Below are positions 52,301 to 64,000 of a stretch of 64,000 nt of DNA, piece after piece. Source of the stretch: Eledone cirrhosa (lineage: Eukaryota); assembly GCA_964016885.1 (NCBI GenBank), contig OZ024741.1, positions 373,984,001-374,048,000 of the forward strand. The letters run 5' to 3'. Position numbers and translations under genes: made by a program. The notes beneath the pieces were generated by a model, which had not been told where the DNA came from, did no database searches, and saw nothing but the letters and a program-made list of their open reading frames with translations. Positions within the stretch are counted from its first letter, which is position 1. The number at the start of each line of letters is the position of its first letter.

Positions 52301-55300
52301 TAACTACAATAGCAGTAATTACCAATAGTTTAATACTAACTACAATAGCACTAATTACCAATAGTTTAATACTAACTACAGTAGCAGTAATTACAAATAG
52401 TTTAATATTATTACAATAGCAATAATTACCAATAGTTTAATACTATCTACAACAGCAGTAATTACCAATACTTTAATACTAACTACAGTAGCAGTAATTA
52501 CAAATAGTTTAATACTATCTACAACAGCAGTAATTACCAATAGTTTAATACTAACTACAACAGCAGTAATTACCAATAGTTTAATACTAACTACAGTAGC
52601 AGTAATTACCAGTAGTTTAATACTAACTACAATAGCAGTAATTACCAATAGTTTAATACTAACTACAACAGAAGTAATTTTCAATAGTTTAATCCTAACT
52701 ACAGTAGCAGTATTTACCAATAGTTTAATACTAACTACAATAGCAGTAATTGCCAATAGTTTAATACTAACTACAATAGCAGTAATTACCAATAGTTTAA
52801 TACTAACTACAGTAGCAGTAATTACCAATAGTTTAATACTAACTACAATAGCAGTAATTACCAATAGTTTAATACTAACTACAGTAGCAGTAATTACCAA
52901 TAGTTTAATACTAACTACAATAGCAATAATTACCAATAGTTTAATACTAACTACAACAGCAGTAATTACCAATAGTTTAATACTAACTACAGTAGCAGTA
53001 ATTACCAATATTTTAATAGTACCTACAGTAGCAGTAATTTCCAATACTTTAATACTAACTACAGTAGCAGTAATTACCAATAATTTAATACTAACTACAG
53101 TAGCAGTAATTACCATAGTTTAATACTAACTACAATAGCAGCAATTACCAATAGTCTAATACTAACTACAATAGAAGTAATTACCAATAGTTTAATACTA
53201 ACGAGAGTAGTAGTAATTATAAATGGTTTAATACTAACTACATTAGCAGTAATTACCAATAGTTTAAAACTAACTACAGTAGCAGTAAGTACCAATAGTT
53301 TAATACTAACTACAGTAGCAGTAATTACCAATAGTTTAATACAAACTACAGTACCAGTAATTACCAATAGTTTAATACTAACTACAGTAGCAGTAATTTC
53401 CAATAGTTTAATTCTAATTACAACAGCAGTAATTACCAATAATTTAATACTAACTATAGTAGCAGTAATTACAAATAGTTTAATACTAACTAAAATAGCA
53501 GTAATTACCAATACTTTAATACTAACTACAATAGCAGTAATTACCTATAGTTTAATACTAACTACAGTATCAGTAACTACCAATAGTTTAATACTAACTA
53601 CAGTAGCAGTAATTACCAATAGTTTAATACTAACTACAATAGCAGTAATTACCAATAGTTTAATACTAACTACAGTAGCAGTAATTACCAATAGTTTAAT
53701 ACTAACTACAGTAGCAGTAATTACCAATAGTTTAATACTAACTACAATAGCAGTAATTACCAATAGTTTAATACTAACTACAATAGCACTAATTACCAAT
53801 ACTTTAATACTAACTACAGTAGCAGTAATTACAAATAGTTTAATACTAATTACAATAGCAATAATTACCAATAGTTTAATACTATCTACAACAGCAGTAA
53901 TTACCAATAGTTTAATACTAACTACAGTAGCAGTAATTACAAATAGTTTAATACTATCTACAACAGCAGTAATTACCAATAGTTTAATACTAACTACAAC
54001 AGCAGTAATTACCAATAGTCTAATACTAACTACAGTAGCAGTAATTACCAGTAGTTTAATACTAACTACAATAGCAGTAATTACCAATAGTTTAATACTA
54101 ACTACAATAGAAGTAATTTTCAATAGTTTAATACTAACTACAGTAGCAGTAATTACCAATAGTTTAATACTAACTACAGTAGCAGTAATTACCAATAGTT
54201 TAATACTAACTACAGTAGCAGTAATAACCAATAGTTTAATACTAACTACAACAGCAGTAATTACCAATAGTTTAATCCTAACTACAGTAGCAGTATTTAC
54301 CAATAGTTTAATACTAACTACAATAGCAGTAATTATCAATAGTTTAATACTAACTACAGTAGCAGTAATTACCAATAGTTTAATACTAACTCCAATAGCA
54401 GTAATTGCCAATAGTTTAATACTAACTACAATAGCAGTAATTACCAATAGTTTAATACTAACTACAGTAGCAGTAATTACCAATATTTTAATAGTACCTA
54501 CAGTAGCAGTAATTTCCAATACTTTAATACTAACTAGAGTAGCAGTAATTACCAATAATTTAATACTAACTACAGTAGCAGTAATTACCATAGTTTAATA
54601 CTAACTACAATAGCAGCAATTACCAATAGTCTAATACTAACTGCAATAGAAGTAATTACCAATAGTTTAATACTAACGAGAGTAGTAGTAATTACAAATG
54701 GTTTAATACTAACTACATTAGCAGTAATTACCAATAGTTTAAAACTAACTACAGTAGCAGTAAGTACCAATAGTTTAATACTAACTACATTAGCAGTAAT
54801 TACCAATAGTTTAATACTAACTACAGTAGCAGTAATTACCAATAGTTTAATACTAACTACAATACCAGTAATTACCAATAGTTTAATACTAACTACAGTA
54901 GCAGTAATTACCAATAGTTTAATACTAACTACAGTAGCAGTAATTACCAATATTTTAATACTAACTACAATAGCAGTAATTACCAATAGTTTAATACTAA
55001 CTACAGTAGCAGTAATTACCAATAGTTTAATACTAACTACAATAGCAGTAATTACCAATAGTTTAATACTAACTACAGTAGCAGTAATTACCAATAGTTT
55101 AATACTAACTACAGTAGCAGTAATTACCAATAGTTTAATACTAACTACAATAGCAGTAATTACCAATAGTTTAATACTAACTACAATAGCACTAATTACC
55201 AATAGTTTAATACTAACTACAGTAGCAGTAATTACAAATAGTTTAATACTAATTACAATAGCAATAATTACCAATAGTTTAATACTAACTACAGTAGCAG

Positions 55301-58300
55301 TAATTACAAATAGTTTAATACTATCTACAACAGCAGTAATTACCAATAGTTTAATACTAACTACAGTAGCAGTAATTACAAATAGTTTAATACTATCTAC
55401 AACAGCAGTAATTACCAATAGTTTAATACTAACTACAACAGCAGTAATTACCAATAGTTTAATCCTAACTACAGTAGCAGTATTTACCAATAGTTTAATA
55501 CTAACTACAATAGCAGTAATTGCCAATAGTTTAATACTAACTACAATAGCAGTAATTACCAATAGTTTAATACTAACTACAGTAGCAGTAATTACCATTA
55601 GTTTAATACTAACTACAATAGCAGTAATTACCAATAGTTTAATACTAACTACAGTAGCAGTAATTACCAATAGTTTAATACTAACAACAATAGAAGTAAT
55701 TACCAATAGTTTAATACTAACTACAGTAGCAGTAATTACCAATAGTTTAATACTAACTACAGTAGCAGTAATTATAAATAGTTTAATACTGACTACAATA
55801 GCAGTAATTACCAATAGTTTAATACTAACTACAATAGCAGTAATTACCAATAGTTTAATACTAACTAGAGTAGCAGTAATTACCAATAGTTTAATACTAA
55901 CTACAGTATCAGTAATTACCAATAGATTAATACTAACTGCAACAGCAGTAATTACCAATAGTTTAATACTAACTACAATAGCAGTAATTACCAATAGTTT
56001 AATACTAACTACAGTAGCAGTAATTACCAATAGTTTAATACTAACTACAATAGCAATAATTACCATTAGTTTAATACTAACTACAATAGCAGTAATTACC
56101 AATAGTTTAATACTAACTACAGTAACAGTAATTACCATTAGTTTAATACTAACTAAAGTAGCAGTAATTGCCAATAGTTTAATACTAACTACAATAGTTG
56201 TAATTACCAATAGTTTAATACTAACTACAATAGCAGTAATTACCAATAGTTTAATACTAACTAAAGTAGCAGTAATTACCAATAGTTTAATTCTAACTAA
56301 AACAGCAGTAATTACTAATAGTTTAATACTAACTAAAACAGCAGTGATTACCAATAGTTTAATACTAACTACAGTAGCAGTAATTACCAATAGTTTAATA
56401 CTAACTACAGTAGCAGTAATTACCAATAGTTTAATACTAACTACAGTAGCAGTAATTACCAATATTTTAATACTAACTACAATAGCAGTAATTACCAATA
56501 GTTTAATACTAACTACAGTAACAGTAATTACCAATAGTTTAATACTAACTACAATAGCAGTAATTACCAATAGTTTAATACTAACTACAGTAGCAGTAAT
56601 TACCAATAGTTTAATACTAACTACAGTAGCAGTAATTACCAATAGTTTAATACTAACTACAATAGCAGTAATTACCAATAGTTTAATACTAATTACAGTA
56701 GCAGTAATTACCAATAGTTTAATACTAACTACAATAGCACTAATTACCAATAGTTTAATACTAACTACAGTAGCAGTAATTACCAATAGTCTAATACTAA
56801 CTACAGTAGCAGTAATTACCAATAGTTTAATACTAACTACAGTAGCAGTAATTACCAATAGTTTAATACTAACTACAGTAGCAGTAATTACCAATAGTTT
56901 AATACTAACTACAGTAGCAGTAATTACCAATAGTTTAATACTAACTACAGTAGCAGTAATTACCAATAGTTTAATACTAACTACAGTAGCAGTAATTACC
57001 AATAGTTTAATACTAACTACAGTAGCAGTAATTACCAATAGTTTAATACTAACTACAGTAGCAGTAATTACCAATAGTTTAATACTAACTACAATAGCAG
57101 TAATTACCAATAGTTGAATACTAACTACAGTAGCAGTAATTACCAATAGTTTAATACTAACTACAGTAGCAGTAATTACCAATAGTTTAATACTAACTAC
57201 AATAGCACTAATTACCAATAGTTTAATACTAACTACAGTAGCAGTAATTACAAATAGTTTAATACTAATTACAATAGCAATAATTAACAATAGTTTAATA
57301 CTATCTACAACAGCAGTAATTACCAATAGTTTAATACTAACTACAGTAGCAGTAATTACAAATAGTTTAATACTATCTACAACAGCTGTAATTACCAATA
57401 GTTTAATACTAACTACAACAGCAGTAATTACCAATAGTTTAATACTAACTACAGTAGCAGTAATTACCAGTAGTTTAATACTAACTACAATAGCAGTAAT
57501 TACCAATAGTTTAATACTAACTATAATAGAAGTAATTTTCAATAGTTTAATCCTAACTACAGTAGCAGTATTTACCAATAGTTTAATACTAACTACAATA
57601 GCAGTAATTGCCAATAGTTTAATACTAACTACAATAGCAGTAATTACCAATAGTTTAATACTAACTACAGTAGCAGTAATTACCAATAGTTTAATACTAA
57701 CTACAATAGCAGTAATTACCAATAGTTTAATACTAACTACAGTAGCAGTAATTACCAATAGTTTAATACTAACTACAATAGAAGTAATTACCAATAGTTT
57801 AATACTAACTACAGTAGCAGTAATTACCAATAGTTTAATACTAACTACAACAGCAGTAATTACCAATAGTTTAATACTAACTACAGTAGCAGTAATTATA
57901 AATAGTTTAATACTGACTACAATAGCAGTAATTACCAATAGTTTAATACTAACTACAATAGCAGTAATTACCAATAGTTTAATACTAACTAGAGTAGCAG
58001 TAATTACCAATAGTTTAATACTAACTACAGTATCAGTAATTACCAATAGATTAATACTAACTACAACAGCAGTAATTACCAATAGTTTAATACTAACTAC
58101 AATAGCAGTAATTACCAATAGTTTAATACTAACTACAGTAGCAGTAATTACCAATAGTTTAATACTAACTACTATAGCAATAATTACCATTAGTTTAATA
58201 CTAACTACAATAGCAGTAATTACCAATAGTTTAATACTAACTACAGTAGCAGTAATTACCATTAGTTTAATACTAACTAAAGTAGCAGTAATTGCCAATA

Positions 58301-61300
58301 GTTTAATACTAACTACAATAGCTGTAATTACCAATAGTTTAATACTAACTACAATAGCAGTAATTACCAATAGTTTAATACTAACTAAAGTAGCAGTAAT
58401 TACCAAGAGTTTAATACTAACTAAAACAGCAGTAATTACCAATAGTTTAATACTAACTACAGTAGCACTAATTACCAATAGTTTAATACTAACTAGAGTA
58501 GCAGTAATTACCAATATTTTAATACTAACTACAATAGTAGTATTTACCAATAGTTTAATACTAACTACAGTAGCAGTAATTACCAATAGTTTAAGACTAA
58601 CTACAGTAGCAGTAATTACTAATAGTTTAATACTAACTACAATAGCAGTAATTACCAATAGTTTAATACTAACTACAATAGCAGGAATTACCAATAGTTT
58701 AATACTAACTATAGTAGCAGTAATTACCAATAGTTTAATACTAACTACAGTAGCAGTAATTACCAATAGTTTAATACTAACTACAATAGCTGTAATTACC
58801 AATAGTTTAATACTAACTAAAATAGCAGTAATTACCAATAGTTTAATACTAACTAAAGTAGCAGTAATTACCAATAGTTTAATACTAACTAAAACAGCAG
58901 TGATTACCAATAGTTTAATACTAACTACAGTAGCAGTAATTTCCAATACTTTAATACTAACTACAGTAGCAGTAATTACCAATAATTTAATACTAACTAC
59001 ACTAGCAGTAATTACCATAGTTTAATACTAACTACAATAGCAGCAATTACCAATAGTCTAATACTAACTACAATAGAAGTAATTAACAATAGTTTAATAC
59101 TAACTACAATACTAGTAATTACCAATAGTTTAATACTAACTACAATAGCAGTAATTACCAATAGTTTAATACTAACTACAATACCAGTAATTACCAATAG
59201 TTTAATACTAACTACAGTAGCAGTAATTACCAATAGTTTAATACTAACTACAGTAGCAGTAATTACCAATATTTTAATACTAACTACAATAGCAGTAATT
59301 ACCAATAGTTTAATACTAACTACAGTAGCAGTAATTACCAATAGTTTAATACTAACTACAATAGCAGTAATTACCAATAGTTTAATACTAACTACAGTAG
59401 CAGTAATTACCAATAGTTTAATACTAACTACAGTAGCAGTAATTACCAATAGTTTAATACTAACTACAATAGCAGTAATTACCAATAGTTTAATACTAAC
59501 TACAATAGCACTAATTACCAATAGTTTAATACTAACTACAGTAGCAGTAATTACAAATAGTTTAATACTAATTACAATAGCAATAATTACCAATAGTTTA
59601 ATACTAACTACAGTAGCAGTAATTACAAATAGTTTAATACTATCTACAACAGCAGTAATTACCAATAGTTTAATACTAACTACAGTAGCAGTAATTACCA
59701 ATAGTTTAATACTAACTACAATAGCAATAATTACCATTAGTTTAATACTAACTACAATAGCAGTAATTACCAATAGTTTAATACTAACTACAGTAACAGT
59801 AATTACCATTAGTTTAATACTAACTAAAGTAGCAGTAATTGCCAATAGTTTAATACTAACTACAATAGTTGTAATTACCAATAGTTTAATACTAACTACA
59901 ATAGCAGTAATTACCAATAGTTTAATACTAACTAAAACAGCAGTAATTACCAATAGTTTAATACTAACTAAAACAGCAGTGATTACCAATAGTTTAATAC
60001 TAACTACAGTAGCAGTAATTACCAATAGTTTAATACTAACTACAGTAGCAGTAATTACCAATAGTTTAATACTAACTACAGTAGCAGTAATTACCAATAT
60101 TTTAATACTAACTACAATAGCAGTAATTACCATTAGTTTAATACTAACTACAGTAGCAGTAATTACCAATAGTTTAATACTAACTACAATAGCAGTAATT
60201 ACCAATAGTTTAATACTAACTACAGTAGCAGTAATTACCAATAGTTTAATACTAACTACAGTAGCAGTAATTACCAATAGTTTAATACTAACTACAATAG
60301 CAGTAATTACCAATAGTTTAATACTAATTACAGTAGCAGTAATTACCAATAGTTTAATACTAACTACAATAGCACTAATTACCAATAGTTTAATACTAAC
60401 TACAGTAGCAGTAATTACCAATAGTTTAATACTAACTACAGTAGCAGTAATTACCAATAGTTTAATACTAACTACACTAGCAGTAATTACCATAGTTTAA
60501 TACTAACTACAATAGCAGCAATTACCAATAGTCTAATACTAACTACAATAGAAGTAATTACCAATAGTTTAATACTAACTACAATACCAGTAATTACCAA
60601 TAGTTTAATACTAACTACAATAGCAGTAATTACCAATAGTTTAATACTAACTACAATACCAGTAATTACCAATAGTTTAATACTAACTACAGTAGCAGTA
60701 ATTACCAATAGTTTAATACTAACTACACTAGCAGTAATTACCATAGTTTAATACTAACTACAATAGCAGCAATTACCAATAGTCTAATACTAACTACAAT
60801 AGAAGTAATTACCAATAGTTTAATACTAACTACAATACCAGTAATTACCAATAGTTTAATACTAACTACAATAGATGTAATTACCAATAGTTTAATACTA
60901 ACTACAATACCAGTAATTACCAATAGTTTAATACTAACTACAGTAGCAGTAATTACCAATAGTTTAATACTAACTACAGTAGCAGTAATTACCAATATTT
61001 TAATACTAACTACAATAGCAGTAATTACCAATAGTTTAATACTAACTACAGTAGCAGTAATTACCAATAGTTTAATACTAACTACAATAGCAGTAATTAC
61101 CAATAGTTTAATACTAACTACAGTAGCAGTAATTACCTATAGTTTAATACTAACTACAGTAGCAGTAATTACCAATAGTTTAATACTAACTACAATAGCA
61201 GTAATTACCAATAGTTTAATACTAACTACAATAGCACTAATTACCAATAGTTTAATACTAACTACAGTAGCAGTAATTACAAATAGTTTAATACTAATTA

Positions 61301-64000
61301 CAATAGCAATAATTACCAATAGTTTAATACTAACTACAGTAGCAGTAATTACAAATAGTTTAATACTATCTACAACAGCAGTAATTACCAATAGTTTAAT
61401 ACTAACTACAGTAGCAGTAATTACCAATAGTTTAATACTAACTACAATAGCACTAATTACCAATAGTTTAATACTAACTACAGTAGCAGTAATTACAAAT
61501 AGTTTAATACTGATTACAATAGCAATAATTACCAATAGTTTAATACTAACTACAGTAGCAGTAATTACAAATAGTTTAATACTATCTACAACAGCAGTAA
61601 TTACCAATAGTTTAATACTAACTACAGTATCAGTAATTACCAATAGATTAATACTAACTGCAACAGCAGTAATTACCAATAGTTTAATACTAACTACAAT
61701 AGCAGTAATTACCAATAGTTTAATACTAACTACAGTAGCAGTAATTACCAATAGTTTAATACTAACTACAGTAACAGTAATTACCATTAGTTTAATACTA
61801 ACTAAAGTAGCAGTAATTGCCAATAGTTTAATACTAACTACAATAGTTGTAATTACCAATAGTTTAATACTAACTACAATAGCAGTAATTACCAATAGTT
61901 TAATACTAACTAAAGTAGCAGTAATTACCAATAGTTTAATACTAACTAAAACAGCAGTAATTACCAATAGTTTAATACTAACTAAAACAGCAGTGATTAC
62001 CAATAGTTTAATACTATCTACAGTAGCAGTAATTACCAATAGTTTAATACTAACTACAGTAGCAGTAATTACCAATAGTTTAATACTAACTACAGTAGCA
62101 GTAATTACCAATATTTTAATACTAACTACAATAGCAGTAATTACCAATAGTTTAATACTAACTACAGTAGCAGTAATTACCAATAGTTTAATACTAACTA
62201 CAATAGCAGTAATTACCAATAGTTTAATACTAACTACAGTAGCATTAATTACCAATAGTTTAATACTAACTACAGTAGCAGTAATTACCAATAGTTTAAT
62301 ACTAACTACAATAGCAGTAATTACCAATAGTTTAATACTAATTACAGTAGCAGTAATTACCAATAGTTTAATACTAACTACAATAGCACTAATTACCAAT
62401 AGTTTAATACTAACTACAGTAGCAGTAATTACCAATAGTTTAATACTAACTACAGTAGCAGTAATTACCAATAGTTTAATACTAACTACAGTAGCAGTAA
62501 TTACCAATAGTTTAATACTAACTACAGTAGCAGTAATTACCAATAGTTTAATACTAACTACAGTAGCAGTAATTACCAATAGTTTAATACTAACTACAGT
62601 AGCAGTAATTACCAATAGTTTAATACTAACTACAGTAGCAGTAATTACCAATAGTTTAATACTAACTACAGTAGCAGTAATTACCAATATTTTAATACTA
62701 ACTACAGTAGCAGTAATTACCAATAGTTTAATACTAACTACAATAGCAGTAATTACCAATAGTTGAATACTAACTACAGTAGCAGTAATTACCAATAGTT
62801 TAATACTAACTACAGTAGCAGTAATTACCAATAGTTTAATACTAACTACAATAGAACTAATTACCAATAGTTTAATACTAACTACAGTAGCAGTAATTAC
62901 AAATAGTTTAATACTAATTACAATAGCAATAATTAACAATAGTTTAATACTATCTACAACAGCAGTAATTACCAATAGTTTAATACTAACTACAGTAGCA
63001 GTAATTACAAATAGTTTAATACTATCTACAACAGCTGTAATTACCAATAGTTTAATACTAACTACAACAGCAGTAATTACCAATAGTTTAATACTAACTA
63101 CAGTAGCAGTAATTACCAGTAGTTTAATACTAACTACAATAGCAGTAATTACCAATAGTTTAATACTAACTATAATAGAAGTAATTTTCAATAGTTTAAT
63201 CCTAACTACAGTAGCAGTATTTACCAATAGTTTAATACTAACTACAATAGCAGTAATTGCCAATAGTTTAATACTAACTACAATAGCAGTAATTACCAAT
63301 AGTTTAATACTAACTACAGTAGCAGTAATTACCAATAGTTTAATACTAACTACAATAGCAGTAATTACCAATAGTTTAATACTAACTACAGTAGCAGTAA
63401 TTACCAATAGTTTAATACTAACTACAATAGAAGTAATTACAAATAGTTTAATACTAACTACAGTAGCAGTAATTACCAATAGTTTAATACTAACTACAAC
63501 AGCAGTAATTACCAATAGTTTAATACTAACTACAGTAGCAGTAATTATAAATAGTTTAATACTGACTACAATAGCAGTAATTACCAATAGTTTAATACTA
63601 ACTACAATAGCAGTAATTACCAATACTTTAATACTAACTAGAGTAGCAGTAATTACCAATAGTTTAATACTAACTACAGTATCAGTAATTACCAATAGAT
63701 TAATACTAACTACAACAGCAGTAATTACCAATAGTTTAATACTAACTACAATAGCAGTAATTACCAATAGTTTAATACTAACTACAGTAGCAGTAATTAC
63801 CAATAGTTTAATACTAACTACAATAGCAATAATTACCATTAGTTTAATACTAACTACAATAGCAGTAATTACCAATAGTTTAATACTAACTACAGTAGCA
63901 GTAATTACCATTAGTTTAATACTAACTAAAGTAGCAGTAATTGCCAATAGTTTAATACTAACTACAATAGCTGTAATTAACAATAGTTTAATACTAACTA
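22343..64000. repeat. 36-bp satellite array, consensus TACCAATAGTTTAATACTAACTACA(G/A)TAGCAGTAAT, ~1,150 units, open at window end
   Basis: Uninterrupted head-to-tail 36-mers, most within 0-2 substitutions of consensus, with rare 35-, 37- and 24-bp units. No insertions or orientation switches were seen. Confidence 0.99.

Noticed and set aside
22342-63983. Giant ORFs (ITATVVSIKLLV)n and (TNSLILTTVAVI)n up to 2165 aa
   Set aside because: The unit length is a multiple of 3 and the consensus happens to lack stops in one frame per strand. Few single changes create stops, frameshifts are propagated, and there are no unique domains, so these are satellite artefacts.
22343-64000. 36-bp repeat as a CRISPR array
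   Set aside because: There are no spacers and no cas genes, and the context is eukaryotic.

Overview
AT-rich eukaryotic, repeat-dominated DNA with no recognisable host gene. The SINE and microsatellite content suggests a cephalopod (Octopus-like) genome, which is inference only. Bases 1-22.3 kb are a mosaic of retroelement debris embedded in (TA)n, (TG)n and (TAA)n microsatellites: Tx1/L1-clade LINE pieces, R4/Dong-like RLE-LINE pieces, Penelope-like (GIY-YIG) fragments and many tRNA-derived SINEs. Bases ~22343-64000 are a single 36-bp satellite array (~1,150 units, running off the window) with irregular higher-order duplications; its long ORFs are repeat artefacts. The most notable signal lies in 3.9-10.9 kb: about a dozen minimal type I hammerhead-ribozyme motifs (CTGANGA...GAAA...TH). 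Most occur as divergent pairs on the arms of small non-coding palindromic elements sitting in (TA)n tracts. One ribozyme is interrupted at its cleavage site by a SINE with a 10-bp TSD. Also seen are a candidate SINE-Tx1 partnership (shared 3' tail, ATT-repeat targeting) and a head-to-head fusion of two LINE 3' ends in one (TAA)n tract.
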